DNA of 64,000 nt, from assembly GCA_031370005.1 (NCBI GenBank), contig JANMPT010000110.1:120500-184499 (forward strand), written 5' to 3'. Shown here piece by piece: positions 1-9,880 of this stretch (its first letter is position 1; the number at the start of each line of letters is the position of its first letter). The position numbers were made by a program, and so were the translations under genes. The stretch comes from Bdellovibrionales bacterium. Lineage in GTDB: Bacteria > Bdellovibrionota > Bdellovibrionia > Bdellovibrionales > Bdellovibrionaceae. The notes below the pieces were generated by a model that was not told the origin of the DNA, searched no databases, and worked only from the letters and a program-made list of their open reading frames with translations.

Positions 1-2
1 TT

Positions 3-1634
3 GCCTTGGTAGTTCCAGAGTTTGGTTGGGAGGCGCAAAACGTCTTCAAAACTGCTGACGATATGGCCACGGAAACGGCATTTGGAAATTTGGACGCCGC
101 AATGGTTCCACGTCCTCCTGTTGTAACTATTATGGGTCATGTCGATCATGGTAAAACAAGTTTGCTAGATGCTATTCGCAAAGCGAATGTGGCCGCAGGG
201 GAAGCTGGTGGAATCACTCAACACATTGGCGCTTACAGTGTGACCTTGGATGATGGCTCTCTGGTGACATTTCTGGATACTCCAGGCCATGAGGCGTTTA
301 CAAAAATGCGTGCGCGTGGTGCGAATGCAACAGATATTGCGGTGATCGTAGTGGCTGCAGATGATGGTATGATGCCGCAAACTGCAGAGGCGATAAATCA
401 TGCTAAAGCTGCAGGAGTCCCAATTATCGTCGCAGTTAATAAGATTGATAAGCCTGGCGCAAATACTGAACGCATAAAACAACAATTAACAGAGTTTGAA
501 ATTGTTCCGGAAGAATGGGGCGGTACTACAATCTTCGTCGAAGTATCAGCTTTGAAAAAAACTGGAATTAAAGAGCTTCTGGAAAACATCCATCTGGTTG
601 CTGAACTTCAAGATTTGAGGGCAAACCCTGAGCGCTCAGGAACTGGTCTCGTGATTGAAGCGAAGATGGAAAAAGGCAAAGGGAATGTCGCAACCCTTTT
701 GGTGAAAGATGGAACTATTAAATTAGGCCAGCACATTGTGGCTGGAAGTATCAAAGGCCGTGTGCGCTCATTAACCAACGATAAAGGGGAGCGTGTTCAA
801 TCTGCTGGCCCTGGTATTCCAGTGGAGGTTTTAGGCCTTGAAGGCACTCCTTCTGCAGGTGATCGTTTTGATATTGTGAAAGATGAGGAAGTAGCAGCTG
901 AAGTATCTGAAACCCGTGCTGACCAGGTTAAAAAAGCTGGAATAATTCCAGCATCAAAAATGTCTTTGGAAGATATTTTCTCTAAAGTTACTCGGGGTGA
1001 TGTGAAAGATCTTCCGATTGTTTTGAAAGCAGATGTTCATGGTTCACTGGAGGCTGTCAGTGGTATGATTCAGAAATTAGCAACGGCCGAAGTAAAGACA
1101 AAAATTATTCACTCAGCAGTTGGTGGAATTAGCGAATCTGATGTTTTGCTGGCAAATACCGCTAATGGTATCATTATTGGCTTCAATGTCCGCCCTGATG
1201 GTGGAGCACAAGCCGCTGCAAAGCGTGCGGGTGTTGATATTCGCACCTACTCGATTGTTTACGAATTGGTAGATGATCTTAAAAAGGCAATGTCAGGACT
1301 TCTTACTCCAGATGTGGTGGAAAAGGTTATGGGCCGTGCTGAAGTTCGTAATACATTTACAGTTCCAAAAATCGGAACTATTGGTGGTTGCTTCATAACT
1401 GACGGGAAAATCCAAAGATCTAATATGGCTCGTTTAATTCGGGATGGTAAGATTGTTTACGAAGGGAAAATCTCATCTTTGAAGCGCTTCAAAGATGACG
1501 CAAAAGAAGTGGCGACTGGCTTTGAGTGCGGTATTGGCATTGAAAACTTCAATGATCTCAAAGTGGGCGACACCATCGAGTCCTTTATTAAAGAAGAAGT
1601 GGCTCGTGAGTTAACTTATGAGGCAAATCCATAA
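3..1634 (+). CDS. infB: Translation initiation factor IF-2 (5' part outside window)
   Basis: G-domain motifs [18 protein letters not shown]-terminal [19 protein letters not shown]; first gene of the infB-rbfA-truB-rpsO-pnp cluster. Confidence 0.99.
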   Translation, partial: ALVVPEFGWEAQNVFKTADDMATETAFGNLDAAMVPRPPVVTIMGHVDHGKTSLLDAIRKANVAAGEAGGITQHIGAYSVTLDDGSLVTFLDTPGHEAFTKMRARGANATDIAVIVVAADDGMMPQTAEAINHAKAAGVPIIVAVNKIDKPGANTERIKQQLTEFEIVPEEWGGTTIFVEVSALKKTGIKELLENIHLVAELQDLRANPERSGTGLVIEAKMEKGKGNVATLLVKDGTIKLGQHIVAGSIKGRVRSLTNDKGERVQSAGPGIPVEVLGLEGTPSAGDRFDIVKDEEVAAEVSETRADQVKKAGIIPASKMSLEDIFSKVTRGDVKDLPIVLKADVHGSLEAVSGMIQKLATAEVKTKIIHSAVGGISESDVLLANTANGIIIGFNVRPDGGAQAAAKRAGVDIRTYSIVYELVDDLKKAMSGLLTPDVVEKVMGRAEVRNTFTVPKIGTIGGCFITDGKIQRSNMARLIRDGKIVYEGKISSLKRFKDDAKEVATGFECGIGIENFNDLKVGDTIESFIKEEVARELTYEANP

Positions 1635-2041
1635 TGAAAAAAGAAGGCGATGGCGGACGAAGAGTAGCTCGAGTCGAGCGAGAGGTTCAGCAGACCATTG
1701 CTCATTTTTTGATTTCTGGCTTTAAGTTGCCCTTACCTGGGCTTGTGACCGTTGCCCGGGTACAGATGCCCGGAGATTTACGTACAGCTAAAGTCTATAT
1801 TAGTGTAATTGGGGAGACCGCTCAATTGGACAAGACTATAGAGCTACTTCAGGCGCGTGCTTTTGAAATTCAAAACTACCTTGGTAAAGAACTCAAAATG
1901 CGCTATTGCCCTAAATTGTTTTTTTATGCTGATTTTGATACTGAGCAAATTTTGAAGGTTGATAGAATTCTGCAGGAGCTCGAGACCGAGCGAAATAATG
2001 TTGAAAAATCCCCAGCTGACTCTAATAAAGAAAACTCATGA
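1634..2041 (+). CDS. rbfA: Ribosome-binding factor A
   Basis: RRVARVEREVQ, DLRTAKVY and MRYCPKLFF motifs; TAATG coupling to infB. Confidence 0.95.
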   Translation: MKKEGDGGRRVARVEREVQQTIAHFLISGFKLPLPGLVTVARVQMPGDLRTAKVYISVIGETAQLDKTIELLQARAFEIQNYLGKELKMRYCPKLFFYADFDTEQILKVDRILQELETERNNVEKSPADSNKENS

Positions 2042-2949
2042 GTTCATTTCATGGTTTAGTACTGGTAAGAAAACCTACGGGTTTGACCAGTCATGATGTT
2101 GTTGCGCGCCTTCGTCGCATTCTTGGCACCAAATCTGTAGGTCATGCGGGCACTTTGGATCCACTTGCGGAAGGCTTGATGGTGGCTCTTGTAAATGAGG
2201 CGACAAAGCTCAGCCAATATATTCTCGAGGGCGACAAGGCTTACCGCCTAAGGGCTCGGTTGGGTGTTGAAACAGATACTCTCGATATCACGGGGAAGAC
2301 TTTAAAAACAAGTCCGGTGAGTGTGACTGAAGAGCGGGTACAGGAAGCGGCCCTGCATCTTCAAGGGGTGATGAGTCTAAAGGTTCCTCTTTATTCAGCG
2401 ATTAAAATCAATGGCCAGAAACTCTATGATTATGCTCGTAAAGAACAAGAAATTCAGGTTCCTCACAAGGATATGAACTTTTGGGACATCGAATTTTTAG
2501 GCTTTGACGGCGTTGATGCCGAGTTTCGATTTCGTTGCTCTAAGGGCAGCTACGTTCGTTCTTGGATTGAACTTTTGGGCTTAAAATTAGGTTGTGGGGC
2601 GACAATGTGTGCCCTGACTCGGACATGGTCAGATCCCTATGATTTAGAACAGTCGATCCGTCTTGAAGACTTTGAGGCAGATGTCAAAGCTGGGAAGCAA
2701 ATTTCGGCCATGATACCCCTTGAGATGGCTTTGCCATCTGTTAAAAAAGTCAGGGTGAAAGGCCATGATCAGATTCTTTTAGGCAATGGTCAGATCAGTC
2801 ATGACCTTAGATCTCTTCTTATTACCCAATTTGATCCCCAAAAAGATAATATTATTCAGGTTTTGTCGCTATCATCGGGGAAATTATTGGCACTTGTAGG
2901 TACCGAAAAAGACCGAGGTTTTGTCATTAAAAGAGTTATAAAGTATTGA
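2038..2949 (+). CDS. truB: tRNA pseudouridine(55) synthase
   Basis: KPTGLTSHDVV, VGHAGTLDP and CSKGSYVRS motifs. Confidence 0.97.
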   Translation: MSSFHGLVLVRKPTGLTSHDVVARLRRILGTKSVGHAGTLDPLAEGLMVALVNEATKLSQYILEGDKAYRLRARLGVETDTLDITGKTLKTSPVSVTEERVQEAALHLQGVMSLKVPLYSAIKINGQKLYDYARKEQEIQVPHKDMNFWDIEFLGFDGVDAEFRFRCSKGSYVRSWIELLGLKLGCGATMCALTRTWSDPYDLEQSIRLEDFEADVKAGKQISAMIPLEMALPSVKKVRVKGHDQILLGNGQISHDLRSLLITQFDPQKDNIIQVLSLSSGKLLALVGTEKDRGFVIKRVIKY

Positions 2950-3094
2950 CCACCCTTGCTCTTCATGGGAAAACCTAACTTCCAAAAATACTGGCCGGGC
3001 GACAGCCATGACGCTCATTTGCCGGCAAACAAGTTCTTGGAACTTGTCTAACAGAAGAAATCTTTTTAGATTTTTTCAGATAAAGGAGACTTTA

Positions 3095-3364
3095 ATGGCA
3101 GTCGCAAAAGAGATAAAAGCTCAAATTGTTAAAAAATTCAAACGTTCGGATTTGGACACGGGCTCTTCTGAAGTTCAAATTGCACTTCTAACATCAAAAA
3201 TTAATGAACTTACAGGGCATTTTGCAATTCACAAGAAAGACCATCATGGCCGACGTGGGTTGGTCACTGCGGTTAATCAAAGAAGAAAACTCCTCGATTA
3301 TGTCCGACGTATAGATGTTAAAAAGTACGAAGGATTGCTGAAGCAATTAGACATCCGTAAATAA
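3095..3364 (+). CDS. rpsO: 30S ribosomal protein S15
   Basis: DTGSSEVQIALLT..KDHHGRRGL. Start moved to ATG 3095, which follows an AAGGAG Shine-Dalgarno. Confidence 0.98.
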   Translation: MAVAKEIKAQIVKKFKRSDLDTGSSEVQIALLTSKINELTGHFAIHKKDHHGRRGLVTAVNQRRKLLDYVRRIDVKKYEGLLKQLDIRK

Positions 3365-3407
3365 GCAATAAAAAAGGCTCGGAAACTCCGGGCCTTTGTT
3401 GCTTTTT
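3363..3407 (+). terminator. Long stem-loop after rpsO (intrinsic terminator and/or processing stem)
   Basis: AAAGGCTCGGA-aac-TCCGGGCCTTT, extendable by AAGCAAT/GTTGCTT, followed by a T-run. Confidence 0.7.
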
Positions 3408-3513
3408 GACCAGGAAGTTCTAGAATTTTTTCAAGAATTGATTCAAAAACATATGGCCACAAAGGCCCATGCCGCCAAAAAGAAAAAGGCGGAATATTAC
3501 TAAAGGAGATTTA

Positions 3514-5607
3514 ATGAAAACGACTGTTACTACTTCGGTGGGCGGAAAACAGATTACCATCGAAACAGGCCGTTTGGCGAAACAAGCTGATGGATCCACA
3601 CTTGTTACCTGTGGTAACAACATTGTTTTGGTCACGGCGGTTTCTAGTAAAAAAACTTCCACTCTCGATTTTTTTCCTCTGACGGTTGAGTACATCGAAA
3701 AATTCTATGCCACTGGTAAAATTCCCGGCGGCTATTTTAAGCGCGAAGGAAAGCCAACTAATGATGCCGTTTTGACAGCTCGTCTAATCGATCGTCCAAT
3801 CCGTCCGTTGTTTCCAGAAGGGTATAGACATGAAACTCAAGTGGTTGCGATGGTACTTTCTGCCGATGGTGCTTTCCCAATAGAAATATTAGCGAGCATT
3901 GGTTCCTCTGCGGCCTTGCACGTATCGGACATCCCATTTGCGGGTCCAACTGCGGCGGTTCAAGTGGGTCGGGTAGATGGTGAGTTCATTGCCAATCCAA
4001 CTCCACAACAAATGGAGAAGTCAGACATGAACATTATTGTTGCGGGCACTCGCAATGGTTTGTTGATGGTAGAGGGTGAAACGAAGTTTATTACCGAGGC
4101 AGATGCTTTGGCTGCTTTAAAATTCGGCCACCAGGCGATGTTGCCACTTTTAAATGCCCAAGATGAGTTGCGCGAAAAGACAGGATCCAAAGCGAAGCGT
4201 GCATTTATTCCTCCGCAAATAGATCCTGAATTCCGTATGAAAGCAGAAGAGTTGTTGAAAGATCAAATCGCTAAATCTTTGATGATCAAAGAAAAGCAAG
4301 AACGTTATGCGGCTGGTGATGTCGCTCATGCTCAGGCCAAAGTAGCCTTGCTTGCAACAATCACAGACAAAGATCTTTTGAGCACTCGCTCCAAGGAGCT
4401 ATCGTCTATTGTGGAAGATCTTAAGTACAAAGCCGCTCGAAGCATGATTTTAGATAAAGCAGTTCGAATTGACGGTCGCGATGTGAGAACAGTGCGCCCT
4501 ATTGCCTGTGAGGTGGCGCTTTTGCCACGAGCCCATGGGTCTGCACTCTTCACTCGGGGTGAGACTCAGGCGCTTGGGACTGTAACTTTGGGCACTGGTG
4601 ATGATGAGCAAATGGTAGATGCACTGCTTGGCACACAAACTCGCCAATTTATGCTGCATTATAATTTTCCACCATTTTCCGTTGGGGAGGTTGGTCGTTT
4701 CGGTGGACAAGGTCGCCGGGAAATCGGTCATGGAAACTTGGCAGAACGCGCTTTAAAAGCAATTCTTCCTGATCACGCAAAATTCCCATATACAATTCGA
4801 ATTGTATCTGAAGTTTTGGAATCAAATGGCTCTAGCTCTATGGCAACAGTGTGTGCTGGTAACTTGGCACTTCTTGATGCCGGAGTGAATATCAAAGGCA
4901 ATGTTGCTGGCATTGCAATGGGTTTGATTAAAGAGGGTGATCGCATTGCGGTCTTGACTGACATTTTAGGCGATGAAGATCACTTGGGAGACATGGACTT
5001 CAAGGTTGCTGGCACTGCAACGGGGATCACTGCGCTTCAAATGGATATTAAAATTGACTCAGTTTCTTTTGCGGTGATGGAACAAGCATTATCACAAGCC
5101 AAAGACGGCCGTGTTCATATTTTGGGTGAAATGGAAAAAGTGATAAAATTGGCTCGTGGTCAAATTTCTGAATTTGCCCCACGTATTGAGACAATCAAAA
5201 TTAAGCCAGATAAAATCCGCGAAGTTATCGGTGCTGGTGGCAAAGTTATTCGCAGTATCACAGAGGCAACGGGAGTGAAAATTGAAATTCAAGATGACGG
5301 GACTATCAATATAGCTTCAGCCGATCCTGAAGCAACGAAAAGAGCAATCATCATGATCAACGAGATCATTGCTGAGGCCGAAGTTGGTAAGGCTTATAAG
5401 GGGCGTGTTGTAAAGATTGCAGAGTTCGGAGCTTTCGTCGAGATTCTTCCGAATACTCAAGGCTTACTACATATTTCTGAGATTGCTAACGAGAGAATTC
5501 GCAGTGTCACTGATGTGCTGAAAGAAGGCGACATGATCGATGTCAAAGTTCTTGAGGTGGATCGTGCAGGACGCATTAAACTTTCTCGTAAAGCCTTACT
5601 CAATTAA
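3514..5607 (+). CDS. pnp: Polyribonucleotide nucleotidyltransferase (PNPase)
   Basis: FFPLTVEY, RREIGHG, GDMDFKVAGT, plus KH and S1 domains. Start at ATG 3514 after AAGGAG. Confidence 0.99.
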   Translation: MKTTVTTSVGGKQITIETGRLAKQADGSTLVTCGNNIVLVTAVSSKKTSTLDFFPLTVEYIEKFYATGKIPGGYFKREGKPTNDAVLTARLIDRPIRPLFPEGYRHETQVVAMVLSADGAFPIEILASIGSSAALHVSDIPFAGPTAAVQVGRVDGEFIANPTPQQMEKSDMNIIVAGTRNGLLMVEGETKFITEADALAALKFGHQAMLPLLNAQDELREKTGSKAKRAFIPPQIDPEFRMKAEELLKDQIAKSLMIKEKQERYAAGDVAHAQAKVALLATITDKDLLSTRSKELSSIVEDLKYKAARSMILDKAVRIDGRDVRTVRPIACEVALLPRAHGSALFTRGETQALGTVTLGTGDDEQMVDALLGTQTRQFMLHYNFPPFSVGEVGRFGGQGRREIGHGNLAERALKAILPDHAKFPYTIRIVSEVLESNGSSSMATVCAGNLALLDAGVNIKGNVAGIAMGLIKEGDRIAVLTDILGDEDHLGDMDFKVAGTATGITALQMDIKIDSVSFAVMEQALSQAKDGRVHILGEMEKVIKLARGQISEFAPRIETIKIKPDKIREVIGAGGKVIRSITEATGVKIEIQDDGTINIASADPEATKRAIIMINEIIAEAEVGKAYKGRVVKIAEFGAFVEILPNTQGLLHISEIANERIRSVTDVLKEGDMIDVKVLEVDRAGRIKLSRKALLN

Positions 5608-6872
5608 TGATTCCTTTTCACAAGTCTGAATTAGACAATGGTATTCGGGTGCTGAGTGAACAGCATCCGGATTCTCGAGCGGTGTCTATAGGAATTTGGG
5701 TCCTTACGGGCACCCGTGATGAAGCTGCTAGTGAAGGTGGTATTTCGCATCTTCTAGAACATCTTGTGTTTAAGGGTACAAAAACTCGCTCTGCCTATCA
5801 AATTGCAAAATCTCTTGAAGCGCTTGGGGGTGATCTCAACGCTTATACGACTCGCGAATATACCTGCTATCATGCTTTGGTATTAAAAGATCATTGGGAA
5901 AAGGCACTGGATGTATTGTGTGATTTAATCAGTAACATGCAGATTTCCAGTAACGACTTTCGTTTAGAAAAGGGTGTGATTTTGCAAGAGATTGCAATGA
6001 CTGATGATACTCCAGAAGAGTTGATCTATGATGTTCTCTTTGAAAAGACCTATGCTGGAAATCCTGTTTCTACACCTATTTTGGGAACTATAAAATCAGT
6101 TGCGAGCATCTCGCAAAATAAAACAATGAATTACTATAAGTCTCGTTATACCGGTAAAAATATTATTATAACTGCAGCGGGAAACTTAGACCATCAAGAG
6201 TTTCTGGATGCTGTTGGAAAAAGACTAGCGAGGAAAAGAAAGGCTAAATTTTCTGCAAATCGTGAGCGTCCTCGGTGGAAGTCAGCACGTACTGTATGTG
6301 AGAAGTCTTCCGAACAAACGCATATGCTGATGGGACTTCCAACAGCGAGTTTTCAAGACTCACAAAGATTTGAAGCCTATATTGTGAATACTCTATTGGG
6401 CGGCGGCATGACTTCGAAGCTCTATCAAAGTGTGCGGGAGAAGAAGGGCTTGGTTTATTCTATCCATAGTATGTTGAATACATTTGTGGATTCTGGCTCT
6501 CTGTTGATTTATGCAGGAACAGACGTCAAGAGCGTCCGTAAAGTTTCTGAGATCGTATCTAAAGAGTTACGGAAGTTAAAAAAAACGGGAATTACTGTTT
6601 CTGATTTAGAACTTTTCAAGACTCAAGTTATCGGTAGCATTTTGCTTGGATCTGATGATATTGAAAATCGCATGACTTCTATTGCGGTCAATGAAATGGT
6701 TTTCGGTGATTACCGATCCGTCGATTCGGTGATTCAGCAAATCCAAAAGGTGACTCAGACTTCTGTAAACGAGTTTATTCGCGAGAAGTTTGACACCAGC
6801 AAAATTGCAGGGGTTCTTATGGGATCCGGTGTTGATGGTCTAAGTAAGTGGTGGAAGGATTTTGAGTTCTAG
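5607..6872 (+). CDS. M16 (pitrilysin) family zinc peptidase
   Basis: Inverted zinc motif HLLEH, NAYTTRE, and C-terminal LGGGMTSKLYQSVREKKGLVY. Confidence 0.93.
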   Translation: MIPFHKSELDNGIRVLSEQHPDSRAVSIGIWVLTGTRDEAASEGGISHLLEHLVFKGTKTRSAYQIAKSLEALGGDLNAYTTREYTCYHALVLKDHWEKALDVLCDLISNMQISSNDFRLEKGVILQEIAMTDDTPEELIYDVLFEKTYAGNPVSTPILGTIKSVASISQNKTMNYYKSRYTGKNIIITAAGNLDHQEFLDAVGKRLARKRKAKFSANRERPRWKSARTVCEKSSEQTHMLMGLPTASFQDSQRFEAYIVNTLLGGGMTSKLYQSVREKKGLVYSIHSMLNTFVDSGSLLIYAGTDVKSVRKVSEIVSKELRKLKKTGITVSDLELFKTQVIGSILLGSDDIENRMTSIAVNEMVFGDYRSVDSVIQQIQKVTQTSVNEFIREKFDTSKIAGVLMGSGVDGLSKWWKDFEF

Positions 6873-6896
6873 TTGCTGATTCATTGAGGGAGAAAA

Positions 6897-7346
6897 ATGA
6901 AAACACTAATTGTGAAAATTAAAAAGCTAGAAAACTTTAAAGGTGAAATTCCTCAGTACCAGTCGACGGGGGCAAGCGGCGTTGATGTTCGTGCTCAGTT
7001 AAGTGCTCCAATGACTTTAAAACCTGGTGAGCGTGCGATGATTCCTACAGGCTTGAGCTTTGAGATTCCTCTTGGCTTTGAGATTCAAGCTCGACCACGT
7101 AGCGGTATTGCTGCAAAGCAAGGAATTACGCTTCTAAATACTCCAGGTACAATTGATGCGGACTATCGTGGAGAGGTAAAAATTATTATAATCAATTTAG
7201 GCCAAGAAAGCGTTCTCATACAAGATCAAGAGCGCGTGGCGCAGCTGGTGATTGCACCTGTGATTCAAGCTCAATTTGAAGTCGTGGACGAACTGTCCCC
7301 CACGGAGCGTGGTATCGGTGGTTTCGGCTCCACGGGGCGTGCATAG
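6897..7346 (+). CDS. dut: dUTP diphosphatase
   Basis: GASGVD, PRSG, GTIDADYRGE and RGIGGFGSTG motifs. Confidence 0.98.
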   Translation: MKTLIVKIKKLENFKGEIPQYQSTGASGVDVRAQLSAPMTLKPGERAMIPTGLSFEIPLGFEIQARPRSGIAAKQGITLLNTPGTIDADYRGEVKIIIINLGQESVLIQDQERVAQLVIAPVIQAQFEVVDELSPTERGIGGFGSTGRA

Positions 7347-7352
7347 TCTTAT

Positions 7353-7946
7353 CTACGGCTGCTCAGTAGATGTCGTCTGGTGACTGCCAACTCGATCAAG
7401 GCGATAGTTGGCTACTTTGTTTCCGATCCAAACTAAGAGGACAATGGCAAAGAGCACTGAAGCAAGACGAATGGCTCGACGCTTTTCCATTTGAAAGTTT
7501 TCAGTCAAACCAACAGCAATGAGCATTGTTGAGAAAGCAAATCCAATCAATGTAATTGGCGGCAGAAGGCTTGAGCCAATCTGCAGAATAAAAAAAGGAA
7601 TACTAGAAAGAACAGCGAGTGTGAAAAGCTTTAGGGATGGGACTGTCTTTTTCTCAAAAACCTGAAAAAAGTAATAAAGAAATGCTGTCAAAACTGAGAC
7701 CATCATTGTGGCAACAAAAGGAGTTACGATAATGCCGGCAAGGATGCTAAAAAATCCTGGTTTGGTGAGGCCTGCAATAAAACCAGAAATCATCGCACAA
7801 ATAATTTGCACCCAGATGAGAGTTTTCCAAGACCAATTTGGCAGATGACCTATTTCGTAGATAGGATGCTTCAAGAACTGCAAAATATACTTTGCAGTTC
7901 CCTTGATGTTTTGTTCCTGTTGAGTTGGTCCACTGACATCTCTCAT
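7353..7946 (-). CDS. Multi-pass membrane protein, Yip1-like
   Basis: N-terminal 'FLKHP' followed by about five hydrophobic segments, the Yip1-type layout. Confidence 0.55.
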   Translation of the reverse strand: MRDVSGPTQQEQNIKGTAKYILQFLKHPIYEIGHLPNWSWKTLIWVQIICAMISGFIAGLTKPGFFSILAGIIVTPFVATMMVSVLTAFLYYFFQVFEKKTVPSLKLFTLAVLSSIPFFILQIGSSLLPPITLIGFAFSTMLIAVGLTENFQMEKRRAIRLASVLFAIVLLVWIGNKVANYRLDRVGSHQTTSTEQP

Positions 7947-7992
7947 TGAATAATTGCAACATTATTAAAGACTTCTGGCAAGATGAAATTGT

Positions 7993-8586
7993 TTAGGTGA
8001 GAAAGTCCTGTTCGCCATTTTCCTGCATTTTGTGAAGTAGCCATGTAGCAGAGGTGGGGAATTGAAGGCCAAGGTCTTCAGATGCTGGCAGCCGAAGAGG
8101 AAAACAACTCCATGAGTGAAGCTTGTAGCTCCAAATAAGAAAGCTGTTGATGTTTTCATTTTTTATAACGGGTTCCTTGGCATTTTTTAAGATTGTGGCA
8201 CTGGCCACGACGCAGGATTCTTCGAATAGTCCTCTCAGCTCGGAGAAGCTGAAGTCATCACAAATAAAGTGATACTTTTTTTCTTTGCTCTCGTGGAGTT
8301 TTAAAAATTTTTTCATTTTAGAAAAGCGAGCTGGACCACGCCACGGAAGATGGAGAGTGAAAACTTCGTAGCCATGCTCGGCGAGTATTTCGGGATAAGC
8401 GTTCCAATATTTTCGAAAATAAAAAATACTACGAGGGCCAGTAATAAAAACCACCGGCTTCCGTGTCAAAAGACGGTTTGGCTTTAATTCAAATCTGTAT
8501 CGGCGATACTCACGGTAAAGATTGGTTAGGACTGCAAAGCAAAGAACAAGAAAAGGAAAAAAAAGAACAGAGATAATATATTCCAC
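7993..8586 (-). CDS. Membrane-anchored hypothetical protein with a degenerate alpha/beta-hydrolase-like N-terminal half
   Basis: N-terminal TM; TRKPVVFITG..YWN..LAEHGYEV resembles the start of a lipase fold; no GxSxG. Confidence 0.5.
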   Translation of the reverse strand: MEYIISVLFFPFLVLCFAVLTNLYREYRRYRFELKPNRLLTRKPVVFITGPRSIFYFRKYWNAYPEILAEHGYEVFTLHLPWRGPARFSKMKKFLKLHESKEKKYHFICDDFSFSELRGLFEESCVVASATILKNAKEPVIKNENINSFLIWSYKLHSWSCFPLRLPASEDLGLQFPTSATWLLHKMQENGEQDFLT

Positions 8587-8597
8587 ATTATTAATTT

Positions 8598-9254
8598 TTA
8601 TAAAGATGTATCCAGGCGTAAAGCGAAATCGACAGAATTTTTATCTATATTTTTTCCTAAGATAGAAGTGCGGCCACCAACCTCAAAACCTAAGCGGATA
8701 TTCTTATGAATATCCGCCAAAACTCCCATCCCGGCAGTAAGTGAGGGTGTGAATTCGTTCACGGAATAGTTTTGGGCAGGGTTGCTTGCTTGAATTAAGC
8801 GGCCAGAAAAACCTGTGAAGATATTGAATTTCCATGGAACCGTAATGGCATTGATATAACCCAGGCGGCCATCCACCTGTAGAATTTGCAAGTCTTCTTG
8901 ATTAATTGTACTGCCTGAAAAATTGCGCAAGATGCCTTCGGCATATAGATTGGGAGAGTCTAAATTCATACTTGCAGAGAGTTGCAATCCATTCTGAGAT
9001 CTTTCGGTATTACTGCGATTCACATTGAGCTGAGTGAGGCTATGAACGTAGCCAACTCCAAGGTGAGTTTCATTCATTGGAGCTTTTTTCTTGAGTTCCA
9101 CCGTAGATTTTTTAGTATTGAGTTCGTTCACCAATTCATCATAAGTAATTTCTTGATAGCCTTCGCTAAGGTTTCCTATGGCCCAGACCATAGTGCTGGA
9201 GAATTGAATAAGAAGGCCTGATGCTACAATTTTAAAAAAACTTTTGTATGTCAT
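8598..9254 (-). CDS. Exported protein, probable small outer-membrane beta-barrel
   Basis: Signal peptide (..TMVWA); alternating beta-strand patterns such as LGVGYVHS and IRLGFEVGG; C-terminal FALRLDTSL. Confidence 0.6.
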   Translation of the reverse strand: MTYKSFFKIVASGLLIQFSSTMVWAIGNLSEGYQEITYDELVNELNTKKSTVELKKKAPMNETHLGVGYVHSLTQLNVNRSNTERSQNGLQLSASMNLDSPNLYAEGILRNFSGSTINQEDLQILQVDGRLGYINAITVPWKFNIFTGFSGRLIQASNPAQNYSVNEFTPSLTAGMGVLADIHKNIRLGFEVGGRTSILGKNIDKNSVDFALRLDTSL

Positions 9255-9356
9255 ACGGCCAGTCTAACAAAGAAAAAGAAGGATTTGCAAAAAAAGCTCA
9301 TAGCTCTGGACTTTCACAGGGGGGATATTTTCGGCAGAATAAGAACAGGAGCCTAT

Positions 9357-9824
9357 TTGCCAATATTAAAATTTAAAAACAATTGTTACTGCGCCTTTTG
9401 CCGCACACCGCGAAGAATCTATAAGAAGCGAAATATTGGTTTCTTAAATGTTCTTTATGCGGCGATGGCCTCGGCGGTTGCAATGTATGGCTTTTGGAGT
9501 GCTTTTGATCCGCGGGTTCTAGTGATTTTCGCGGTCTCTTTAGCGATCACTGAAATTTTTATTCAGATTCGCTGGCGTTTGTCGGTGCCTTGTAAGCAAT
9601 GCGGTTTTGATCCAGTTCAATATGTGAAAGATCCAGAAAAAGCCGTTGAGAAGGTGACAACGCATTTGCAGCAGCGTCGTCTTGATCCGAACTATTTACT
9701 TGCTAGGCCTTTGAATTTGCCAACGATCTCTCCAGAAAAGGCAGAGGCTCTGCAAAACGTGCAACAAAAAAATATCGCTCGGAATAAAGATAAAAAAGGT
9801 ATTTTGGTTTCTCGCCAAGCCTAA
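9357..9824 (+). CDS. Hypothetical membrane protein with a split CxxC/CxxC zinc site
   Basis: CAFC, two TM segments, then CKQC. TTG 9357 has AGGAG upstream (ORF track start is 9285). Confidence 0.65.
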   Translation: MPILKFKNNCYCAFCRTPRRIYKKRNIGFLNVLYAAMASAVAMYGFWSAFDPRVLVIFAVSLAITEIFIQIRWRLSVPCKQCGFDPVQYVKDPEKAVEKVTTHLQQRRLDPNYLLARPLNLPTISPEKAEALQNVQQKNIARNKDKKGILVSRQA

Positions 9825-9880
9825 GATAGACTTAAATAATGATTGAGAAATGAGGTCTAGGGTATTACTCTGGCCTCACT

